The notes under the pieces: model-generated | What the model saw: only the letters and a program-made list of their open reading frames with translations | Told to the model about the DNA's origin: nothing | Database searches by the model: none | In this document: one piece after another, positions 36,133 through 44,639 of the stretch | How the letters are laid out: every line of letters starts with the position of its first letter | Position numbering within the stretch: position 1 is the stretch's first letter | Made by a program: the position numbers and the translations under genes | NCBI GenBank assembly: GCA_964508155.1 | Contig: CAZDRE010000006.1 | Coordinates: 7,266 to 71,265, forward strand | From: an uncultured Candidatus Bathyarchaeia archaeon | Lineage (GTDB): Archaea > Thermoproteota > Bathyarchaeia > Bathyarchaeales > DTEX01 | Reading direction: 5' to 3' | DNA length: 64,000 nucleotides

Positions 36133-37563
36133 TTAAACCTGAACGACTTCTATTCCAAGAAGCTTACAAGCATCGGCTATTGGCTTCGTATAGTCTCCAT
36201 GTATCATGCTCGCATGGTGAGTGAATCCTTCCTCGACTATAACTCTATAAAGCAGATCCAGATCCGATACTTTAACCCAGCTCCATGAACCTCTAAGTTC
36301 CTGATCAGACTTTTCAATCTCACCCTTCGTTATGAGCATCTTGAATTCTCCGTCATGCTCGATTAACCTGCATATCGTGACGACCCCCGGTTTTAATTGA
36401 AACTCCGCTGTTCCCATGCATTTCTCCTTCTCTATTGCCGCCGATATGATGCTGTGCTCTCTAATTCTTATTTTGCGTCCCTCGCAAGCCAGAGATGGAG
36501 GAGCGTTTCCGCAGTGCCATGCCAAAAATATATTATCTTTTTCTTGGTGCTTTATGGTCCAATCTATAAAGTGTGGAGGCGTGGTCTTTAATGATGCTAA
36601 GTATTGGATTAGCATGGTTAATGCGCCGTAAATATCTACTTCACATGAGGCCATGATTCCCCTATCGGTTAGTCTGCCCATGACATAGCATGGCGATATT
36701 CCGTATATCTCCTGCATTGCGGTCCAGCATTGGATTCCCATTCCAGAGAGTTTTCTTTCTTCAGCGAATCTCTTTAAGACGAGTTCGAGCTTCGCCATCT
36801 TTTTAACAGTTTCTTCATTTACTTCTGATAGATCAGCCTCTTCTTTCATTTCATTAATGATCTCTTGAACCTCTGGATCATCATCGCCTAGGCGATTAGC
36901 CTCCTCTATTATATCGAGTAAAGATACTGGTATGACGCTCTGATCGAAATTCTCTATCATAGCATCCTCATTGCATATACATGTCTGAAATCTCTCTGGC
37001 CTTGGGCCTACCAGACCTATCCTCGCACCGATGAATCCTTTAATTATTGAGCATACCCGGACGAAATTTCTAACGGCCTCCAAGAACGCTTCCTCTTCGG
37101 GGAATATTATACCAGCGAAGAGGAACGGTATATTTCTTCTATATAGACCTGATGAGATTGAGATGGTTCCGCAGAAAGAATCTGATCTCCTATTACCATC
37201 AGGCGTAAACGCCCCTTCTTTTGTTCCGAAGAGTAGTATCGGTTTTTCCGAGAATGCGGATGCAATGGATAATGCTGAGACTTCATCTCCGAACGTCATA
37301 GTGCCTATGATTATTCCGTCGACGCCTTCTTCTCTAAAGAGTTTGATTACCTTTTCCGCGTCTGAATCATCTCTTACTAGACCGTTTCTTGTTAGTTCTT
37401 CGTCGGGAACTATGGTTACCATCTCTTCTATCTTTGAGAGAGCCCTTAAGCATCTTCTTCTCATTTCGACTGCCCATTTTTCATCGAATGGCTCCCTGTG
37501 ACATGGAACGAATCCAACTTTTATCTTTTCTAAGATCTTAGGAGACAAAATTCGCCCCTCCAC
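36133..37563 (-). CDS. L-fucose/L-arabinose isomerase-like family protein (paralogue 2)
   Basis: 476-aa ORF with 'GIMASCEVDIYGALTMLIQYL' and 'IDWTIKHQEKDNIFLAWHCGNAP', the FucI-family core motifs. Confidence 0.6.
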   Translation of the reverse strand: MEGRILSPKILEKIKVGFVPCHREPFDEKWAVEMRRRCLRALSKIEEMVTIVPDEELTRNGLVRDDSDAEKVIKLFREEGVDGIIIGTMTFGDEVSALSIASAFSEKPILLFGTKEGAFTPDGNRRSDSFCGTISISSGLYRRNIPFLFAGIIFPEEEAFLEAVRNFVRVCSIIKGFIGARIGLVGPRPERFQTCICNEDAMIENFDQSVIPVSLLDIIEEANRLGDDDPEVQEIINEMKEEADLSEVNEETVKKMAKLELVLKRFAEERKLSGMGIQCWTAMQEIYGISPCYVMGRLTDRGIMASCEVDIYGALTMLIQYLASLKTTPPHFIDWTIKHQEKDNIFLAWHCGNAPPSLACEGRKIRIREHSIISAAIEKEKCMGTAEFQLKPGVVTICRLIEHDGEFKMLITKGEIEKSDQELRGSWSWVKVSDLDLLYRVIVEEGFTHHASMIHGDYTKPIADACKLLGIEVVQV

Positions 37564-37648
37564 TATATTAACTGATAAAAGATTCTGTGCGAAGAATAAA
37601 ATATTAACGGTTTATTCTGGGGGAAATATTAATAGATGAGCGGCCGTA

Positions 37649-38425
37649 TTGAGATTGTGGAGGGATATGTCAAGTCATTCATTCTTTACTAAGCATTTGT
37701 TACTTTCAATTTTGCTTGTTATGGCATTTTGTTTTCTCCTTTTAGATGCTTCCTTCTTAATCGGCGAGGGGAATATCGAGCGGTATAGATTGAAGATGCT
37801 TGAGAATGACATTTTAACCATATATTTGAGTCCTCCAGTTGAGAATTTATCCGCGAGATGCATACCTGCTGCTCAGAATGGAGTATACTCGCTCTCCATA
37901 GCAACGAGGTATCTGGATCCTTATGTGATGAGGAGGGAGGTCTCCGCCGTTTGGATCCACCCGGTCAAGCCTGGAATATACAACCTAACCATAAGATTTT
38001 TCAGTAATCAGACTTGGGAGTACATTCTTGGGGTGTATAGTAGAAACTTTGATTTTTATAGTGACTATTATGGGAAGAGAATTGAAGTTAACAAGTTCTT
38101 CATCGAACTTCAGGATCCGCTATCGCGAAACATGGGCGAGTGGACGATAAGCATAATGTTGAGGGTTGAGAGGGTATCTGCTTCTTCATCTATCTTCTCC
38201 TCAATTAAACTTCCATCGCCAGTTAACTTTGCAATATTCGTGGCTATTTTGGGCTTAATGGCGTACATGAACAGTTTTCTCATAATAGATACATACTTCA
38301 AAAGTAGGAGGGAGATGATCTCACGTTTAAGGTGGATTCTCATAGCGTTGGTTGCTTTCATAAGTATCCTAATAGCCTATCAGCTATACGGTTTTATGAT
38401 GCAGTTATCATCAACGGGGAGTTGA
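37649..38425 (+). CDS. hypothetical membrane protein (N-terminal signal anchor, two C-terminal TM helices)
   Basis: 258-aa ORF. No motif was recognised. Confidence 0.4.
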   Translation: MRLWRDMSSHSFFTKHLLLSILLVMAFCFLLLDASFLIGEGNIERYRLKMLENDILTIYLSPPVENLSARCIPAAQNGVYSLSIATRYLDPYVMRREVSAVWIHPVKPGIYNLTIRFFSNQTWEYILGVYSRNFDFYSDYYGKRIEVNKFFIELQDPLSRNMGEWTISIMLRVERVSASSSIFSSIKLPSPVNFAIFVAILGLMAYMNSFLIIDTYFKSRREMISRLRWILIALVAFISILIAYQLYGFMMQLSSTGS

Positions 38426-38429
38426 TGGG

Positions 38430-39092
38430 ATGGTCATTAGGCGTGCCCCCCAAATTTTATCTCCCATACTTCCATCATTCAGGCAGAAATATATTCGCGT
38501 TCCAGCCGAGTATGCCAACAGATGCATAATGCGTATTCTCAGGGAGAATTTCGGTTTAAGGAACGAAGAGATCGAACATTACAACTTAGGCTTAAATGCG
38601 AGGATTGGAGGATTTTTAGGCGTGGATCTAAAAGTTCAATTATCAAGCGAAGGCGAAGTAACGCTTGTAACACTTAGATTCAGCTATAAAAGAGTAACCC
38701 TTGCACTGGCTCTCATCTTCTTTATAGCCACCGTCGTAAGTCTTGCTTTCAGATCAGCTCTCCCATTGGCTGCCGCTTTTTTAGTCTTCCCTGCGATTTA
38801 TAGGGCTAACCTTGAGGCTAATAAGCTTTTAAGTCTCATTAGCAAGGTAGCTCCGCTCTTGGAACGCGAATTTGAACGTCAATCCATCTTAAAGGAGAGG
38901 AAAAGACTTAGTGAATTCGAGATAAACATCGACGATTTGTATAAAAGACTCTGCAGAAGGCATATGGAAGTTTGGGGGAGCTTGAATGTTCTGGAATATA
39001 AGTTGAGAGAATATCGATCCAAGGGATTCTCTCATGAAGAGGCCATTTTGAAGGTCGCTGAAGAGGAGGGCATGATAGAAGGACCTCCATAA
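38430..39092 (+). CDS. hypothetical membrane protein with C-terminal coiled-coil
   Basis: 220-aa ORF, 4 nt downstream of the previous gene, with two central TM helices. No motif was recognised. Confidence 0.4.
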   Translation: MVIRRAPQILSPILPSFRQKYIRVPAEYANRCIMRILRENFGLRNEEIEHYNLGLNARIGGFLGVDLKVQLSSEGEVTLVTLRFSYKRVTLALALIFFIATVVSLAFRSALPLAAAFLVFPAIYRANLEANKLLSLISKVAPLLEREFERQSILKERKRLSEFEINIDDLYKRLCRRHMEVWGSLNVLEYKLREYRSKGFSHEEAILKVAEEEGMIEGPP

Positions 39093-39203
39093 CTTCGAGA
39101 TCCGCAAAAGATCATAAAATGGAATTCTATACGGTTCTCCATTGAGGAGTAGAATGTAATCCGTCCTCTCGAAGTTCGACTTATCCGTGATTATTCACTA
39201 AGT

Positions 39204-40514
39204 TTATGGATAGACTCTATTTATTAGTCTTGGAAAGGCAATAGCATCTCTTATGTGATCCAACTTGCAGATCCACGCTATGGCGCGTTCAACTCCTAAT
39301 CCAAATCCAGAATGAGGAACCGATCCATATCTTCTCAGGTCAACATACCACTTATAATCTTCTGGATTAAGATTTTCCTCTTTAATTCTCCTTATTAGCT
39401 CCTCAACGTCATCTATCCTTTGACCTCCACCAGTTATCTCACCGTACCCCTCCGGAGCCAGTAAGTCAGCCGATAATGTGACTTCCGGCCTCTTCGGATC
39501 TGGTTTATGATAGAATGCCTTAACTCCCTTCGGGAAGTGCGTTATAAAGAATGGCTTATCAAATCTCTTAGTCAGTATTTTCTCATGTGTCCATGTTATG
39601 TCATCTCCCCAAGCGAATTGGATTCCCTCGTCATTTAATATCTCAACTGCCCTATCATACGTTATCCTCTCGTATGGAGGCTTCATCCTCCTCAGATCTT
39701 CAGGTTCTCTGCCGAGATACGTAAGCTCCCTTGACATTTCATCGCATAAGATATCAAGCACGTATGCTAATAGTTCCTCTTGAACCTTAATTATGCAGTT
39801 CAAGTCGCACCATGGAACTTCAACCTCTAAGTGCCAATACTCAGTTAAGTGACGGCGAGTTCTAGACTTCTCAGCTCTAAATGAGGGAGCTACCGTGTAG
39901 ATCTTTCCGAGACTCGCTATTGCAGCTTCTGCATAGAGCTGCCAGCTCTGTGTTAAATATGCCTCCCTATCGAAGTATTTCACTGGAAAGAGAGTTGCCC
40001 CGCCCTCGCATGCGGCCGTTATTATAGTTGGCGAATGAAACTCAGTATATCCGTTCATTTTAAACCATTCTCTTGCAGCCTCAAGAAATTTTGCCCTAAC
40101 GCGTAGTATCGTCTGCATCTTCTGACTTCTTATCCACAAATGGCGATTGTCAAGTAAGAAGTCTGGGCCATGATACTTCTTTGCGATGGGATAACCCTCC
40201 TCTGCTCTATGAAAAACCTTCAGATCTTCAACTCTGATCTCATATCCGCCGGGCGCCCTTTTATCTTCAACTACCTTTCCGATTACCTCAATGGATGATT
40301 CTTGAGTTAGATCCTTCGTCTTCTCGAAGAGTGCATCGTCAACCGTGCCTCTCTTCATTGTGCACTGGATTATTCCAGTCCCGTCTCTGACAATCAGGAA
40401 ATGTATTCCTCCGCTTGAACGCATGTTATGGAGCCATCCCCTAACGTGAACCCTTTCGCCAGTATGTTTGCCAGAAAGTATCGATGATACGCTTGTAGGT
40501 GTAGTCATCATCAC
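39204..40514 (-). CDS. asnS: asparaginyl-tRNA synthetase
   Basis: 436-aa class IIb aaRS. Motif 2 is 'FRAEKSRTRRHLTEYWHLEVE'. 'YGSVPHSGFGLGVERAIAWICKLDHIRDAIAFPR' closely follows archaeal AsnRS rather than AspRS. Confidence 0.85.
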   Translation of the reverse strand: MMMTTPTSVSSILSGKHTGERVHVRGWLHNMRSSGGIHFLIVRDGTGIIQCTMKRGTVDDALFEKTKDLTQESSIEVIGKVVEDKRAPGGYEIRVEDLKVFHRAEEGYPIAKKYHGPDFLLDNRHLWIRSQKMQTILRVRAKFLEAAREWFKMNGYTEFHSPTIITAACEGGATLFPVKYFDREAYLTQSWQLYAEAAIASLGKIYTVAPSFRAEKSRTRRHLTEYWHLEVEVPWCDLNCIIKVQEELLAYVLDILCDEMSRELTYLGREPEDLRRMKPPYERITYDRAVEILNDEGIQFAWGDDITWTHEKILTKRFDKPFFITHFPKGVKAFYHKPDPKRPEVTLSADLLAPEGYGEITGGGQRIDDVEELIRRIKEENLNPEDYKWYVDLRRYGSVPHSGFGLGVERAIAWICKLDHIRDAIAFPRLINRVYP

Positions 40515-40565
40515 CTCTAGCCCTCTTAACTATTGATCACAACGTTCATAAGAAGATTTCCGAGA

Positions 40566-41228
40566 CTATTCTGGCCTCACATCAAGTCTATATAGCCTCT
40601 TCTGGTATGCACTTCTCTGCTTGATCAATCTGATCTTCTCCTGAGGCAGTCTTCTTTTTAGATTTTTCATACGTATGATTGCCTCGGTGATCTTTCTCTT
40701 TGAGCGTATCCTTCTTCGTCTTTCACGTTTAAGGGCTAATGACTTAAACTCTTCAGATAGGCGTTTATGTCTCTGCTTCCTTTTAGTATTTCTTTCTATG
40801 GGCTTAGTCCTTCTGAAGATTACTTCCTTCTTCTCCAAGTTTATCTTCTCTACCATCCAGCCTACTGAAAGCCAAGATTCGCTGTGAGATCTCCCCGGCC
40901 TATTCGACCACCATTCCGGGTTATTAAATGCTGATTGTGGAAGTCTATCACCTATGATCTCCTCTATCCTGCGGAAAGACAGCCTAATACGTTCGCTAAA
41001 TTTAGCCTTTGAGGCCAAATACTCTCTTAAGTAAGTATACTTGCTTCTCCATGAGATCTTAGGCATGATAAGCTTCTTAGCGCAATTTAAGCAGATGGGC
41101 TCTCCATCTTTTCCTTGAATGATGCAGTTGTTACAATAGAGCCTACCACACCTTGAACAGCGATTAAGCAGAAAACTTGGAAATTCAGCTCCACATAATG
41201 AACACTTATTCTCAATAGGAAAAATCAT
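40566..41228 (-). CDS. hypothetical protein: double zinc-ribbon N-terminus, central conserved-looking domain, Lys/Arg-rich tail
   Basis: 220-aa ORF with 'CSLCG...CSRCGRLYCNNC...CLNC', then 'YLREYL...LSFRRIEEIIGDRLPQSAFNNPEWWSN', then a ~80-aa K/R-rich C-terminus. Confidence 0.4.
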   Translation of the reverse strand: MIFPIENKCSLCGAEFPSFLLNRCSRCGRLYCNNCIIQGKDGEPICLNCAKKLIMPKISWRSKYTYLREYLASKAKFSERIRLSFRRIEEIIGDRLPQSAFNNPEWWSNRPGRSHSESWLSVGWMVEKINLEKKEVIFRRTKPIERNTKRKQRHKRLSEEFKSLALKRERRRRIRSKRKITEAIIRMKNLKRRLPQEKIRLIKQRSAYQKRLYRLDVRPE

Positions 41229-41425
41229 GGTTCCTCACTATAAACAGAATGATAAATACCAAAAAAGGCTTTGCATGTCAACTATGAGGATCTTAAATTA
41301 TGTTCAACGTGAAGCTGTAGATTGCCTTTTTGTAAATTAGTGCGGCTCATAATCCGATGACTTTTCCGACAGATTTAAGTATAAGATTTCTTTTCTTTGA
41401 AAGGTTAGTGGAAAGATTGTAGAGG

Positions 41426-41752
41426 GTGGACTTGATGGAGTATATCTATGCTGCTATGCTATTGCATAAGGCTGGCAAGCCAATAGATGAGGATAACATA
41501 ACTAAGGTTCTTGAAGCCGCTGGCATACAGATCGATCCGGCGAGGGTTAAAGCTCTCGTAGCAGCATTATCCGAAGTTGACATCGACGAGGCTATCAAGT
41601 CGGCTCCAACCGTCGTAGCAGCGGCTCCAGCAGCCGCGCCAACGGAGGCAGCTCCAGCAGCTGAGGAGAAGCCGAAGGAAGAGGAAAAGCCTGAAGAGGA
41701 AGAGAAGAAAGAGGAGGAGGCTCTGGAGGGTCTAGGGGCTCTCTTCGGTTAG
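41426..41752 (+). CDS. rpl12: 50S ribosomal stalk protein P1 (L12e)
   Basis: It has '[31 protein letters not shown]', an Ala/Pro hinge and the acidic tail '[18 protein letters not shown]'. The likely start is ATG 41435. Confidence 0.95.
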   Translation: MDLMEYIYAAMLLHKAGKPIDEDNITKVLEAAGIQIDPARVKALVAALSEVDIDEAIKSAPTVVAAAPAAAPTEAAPAAEEKPKEEEKPEEEEKKEEEALEGLGALFG

Positions 41753-41871
41753 GCAACGACTACATATTTAATGTGAGGCTTGTCTCATTTATTAATAGAG
41801 ACAGTTAATTCATCCTTCGACACTTATTTAAGTCTTAAATTCATAATTGTTTCTGTTCGGCGGGAGATCCA

Positions 41872-44637
41872 ATGAGATTCTCTGAAGAGGAATATCATTT
41901 ACCATTCTTTGATGAGTATGGATATGTTAGGAAGCTTTGTCCAAAGTGTGGAGAATACTTTTGGACGTTAAATCACGATCAGAAGTTCTGCGGCGAATCC
42001 ACGATCCATGGCTGCGCAGATTACACCTTTATCGGAGATCCTCCAATTCGCAAGTCGTATAGTCTAAGGGAGATGAGGGAGGAATTTCTTTCATTCTTCG
42101 AGAAGAGAGGGCATGCACGCATTCAGCCATATCCCGTAGTTGCGAGGTGGAGGGACGATTTATATTTTACAAATGCAAGCATAATAGATTTTCAGCCCTA
42201 CGTGACTGAGGGTATGATTCCGCCTCCAGCAAATCCGCTTGTTATAGTTCAGCCATGCGTGAGATTCCCAGATATAGAAAGCGTGGGATCAACATTCGGC
42301 CGGCATCTAACAATATTTGAAATGGGCGGGCATCATGCATTTAATCATCCGGACAGGCAGATATACTGGAAAGATCAGACAGTAAGATACCATCATGAAT
42401 TTGTAACTAAGATCCTAGGAGTGAAGGATGAGGAAGTAATATACAAGGAGGGCGTATGGATCGGTGGTGGAAATGCAGGTCCAGACGTGGAAAGTGTAAT
42501 TCGAGGATTGGAAGTCGCAACTTTAGTTTTCATGAAGTATAAGGTTGTAAATGGCGAGTTCATAGAGCTCCCGATAAGAACAGTTGATACAGGATACGGC
42601 ATTGAAAGATTCACTTGGCTCTCACAGGGTTGTGTAAGCGGGTTCGAAGCGATCTACGGGGAATTACTCGATAAGATTCGGAGTATGGCAGGAGTTGAGA
42701 TGCCAGATAGAAGATTACTTATGGAAGTCTCTAAAGTTTCAGGTTTAATATCAATATCTAAGACGTCAAGTAGAGCTGAGAATTGGAGGAAAGTCGCCGA
42801 GAGAGTTGGAGTAAGCCCGGATGAGCTAAGTAGACTCATAGATCCAATCGTTAACGTTTATGCCATTGCTGATCATACGAAATGCTTGACTTTCCTCTTA
42901 GCTGAGGGAGTAGTTCCATCGAATGTGCGTGAGGGATATTTGACAAGACTGCTTATTAGAAGGACGCTTAGGCTTCTCAGAAGTCTCTCGATTGAGGATA
43001 GATTATTTGATATTGTTGAAGGCCAAATAGAGCTGTGGTCTAGAGACTTTCCTCATCTTAAAGATATGAGAGATGAGATTCTAGAGCTCCTCTCCGTCGA
43101 GAAGGAGAAGTATGATCACACGCTTGATCGTGGAAGGGGCATAATTAAGAGAATGATAAGGCATGGACGGGGAAGACTCTCACTCAATGATCTCATCGAA
43201 CTATATGACTCTCATGGTTTGACTCCCGAATTTGTTGGTGAGATGGCCAGATCTGAGGGTGTAGAGATAAGCATACCTGAGAACTTCTATAGTTATGTCG
43301 CGGAGAGGCACATGGCCGCTCCGGAAGCCGAAAGGTCAGTATTAACGGAGGGGATCTCTGATGTTAAAGGTGAATTCTCCGATCTTCCGGAAACCAAGAA
43401 GCTGTATTATGAAGATGTATACCTGAGGGAATTTAGAGCTAAGGTTCTTAGGGTTTCAGGAGACCGAGTTATACTCGACAAGACAGCCTTTTATCCTGAG
43501 GGCGGAGGTCAACCATCTGATAGGGGTTACCTCCTTTTTGATGGGAAAGAGGCTAGGGTGACTAATGTTCAGAAGGCAGGCGGAGTAATAATCCACTTTA
43601 TTGAGGGACCTACTCCAAAGGAGGGAGATGAAGTAATAGGTAAGATCGACTGGGACAGAAGGATCAGCCTGATGAGAAGTCATACTGCAACTCATATACT
43701 GATCGGGGCGGCTAGAAGGGTGCTGGGGGAGCATGTATGGCAGGCTGGAGCTCAGAAGGGAGTTGAAAGAAGCAGACTTGACATATCACATCCGAAAAGA
43801 ATTACCATCAATGAATTGAGGAAGATGGAGGAGCTTGCAAACCAAGTAGTAATGAGAAACCTTAAAATTGAGACTTCATGGATGCTTAGAGAGGATGCTG
43901 AGCGAGAATATGGTTTTAGAATATATCAGGGAGGAGTCGTCCCTGGCAGGGAGGTTAGGATAGTCAAGATCGAAGGTTGGGATGTAGAGGCCTGTGGAGG
44001 AACACACTGCACATCTACGGGCGAGGTCGGATTTATAAAGATAATTAGAACCGAAAGAGTTCAAGACGGGGTTGAAAGGTTAATATTCTCCGCTGGAACT
44101 CCAGCGGTGAAGGCCATACATGAGATTGAAGAAAAAATATTTAGAATTGCAGGTTTGCTTGAGGTTCCAGCGGAGAAGGTCGAGAAGACAGTAGAGAATG
44201 TGGTATCTGAATGGAGATTGCTCAGAAGAGAAAGGGAGAGATTAACCTCAAACTTAGCGAGGTTCTTGGCTGAAGATTACCTTTCTGAGGCCGAGGAGAT
44301 AGCCGGAGTCAAGATTGTATCGAAAATCGTAAATGCAGATGAGGCCGATCTAGATCTGCTGATAAAAGTATCATCCGAGATAGTAAAGCATGATAAGAGA
44401 GCCGTTGCATCCCTATTGCATGTAGATAAAAGTGCACGGCTCATAGTTAATGTTGGAGATGAAGCCCTAAGTTCCGGGGTTGATGCGAGAGAGATTGCGA
44501 GAGAGGCTGGCTCTATACTTGGAGGAGGGGGGAGTGGAAAGGTGAATTTCGCTCAGGCTGGCGGAGTAAGGGTTGAGATGGCGGATGAGGCCTTAAGGAG
44601 AGTTAAGGAGGTAATTCGGAAAAGATTGGAGGGATAA
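41872..44637 (+). CDS. alaS: alanyl-tRNA synthetase
   Basis: 921-aa ORF with the archaeal N-terminus including 'CPKCG'. The editing domain carries 'HTATH' and 'CGGTHC'. Confidence 0.95.
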   Translation: MRFSEEEYHLPFFDEYGYVRKLCPKCGEYFWTLNHDQKFCGESTIHGCADYTFIGDPPIRKSYSLREMREEFLSFFEKRGHARIQPYPVVARWRDDLYFTNASIIDFQPYVTEGMIPPPANPLVIVQPCVRFPDIESVGSTFGRHLTIFEMGGHHAFNHPDRQIYWKDQTVRYHHEFVTKILGVKDEEVIYKEGVWIGGGNAGPDVESVIRGLEVATLVFMKYKVVNGEFIELPIRTVDTGYGIERFTWLSQGCVSGFEAIYGELLDKIRSMAGVEMPDRRLLMEVSKVSGLISISKTSSRAENWRKVAERVGVSPDELSRLIDPIVNVYAIADHTKCLTFLLAEGVVPSNVREGYLTRLLIRRTLRLLRSLSIEDRLFDIVEGQIELWSRDFPHLKDMRDEILELLSVEKEKYDHTLDRGRGIIKRMIRHGRGRLSLNDLIELYDSHGLTPEFVGEMARSEGVEISIPENFYSYVAERHMAAPEAERSVLTEGISDVKGEFSDLPETKKLYYEDVYLREFRAKVLRVSGDRVILDKTAFYPEGGGQPSDRGYLLFDGKEARVTNVQKAGGVIIHFIEGPTPKEGDEVIGKIDWDRRISLMRSHTATHILIGAARRVLGEHVWQAGAQKGVERSRLDISHPKRITINELRKMEELANQVVMRNLKIETSWMLREDAEREYGFRIYQGGVVPGREVRIVKIEGWDVEACGGTHCTSTGEVGFIKIIRTERVQDGVERLIFSAGTPAVKAIHEIEEKIFRIAGLLEVPAEKVEKTVENVVSEWRLLRRERERLTSNLARFLAEDYLSEAEEIAGVKIVSKIVNADEADLDLLIKVSSEIVKHDKRAVASLLHVDKSARLIVNVGDEALSSGVDAREIAREAGSILGGGGSGKVNFAQAGGVRVEMADEALRRVKEVIRKRLEG

Positions 44638-44639
44638 AC

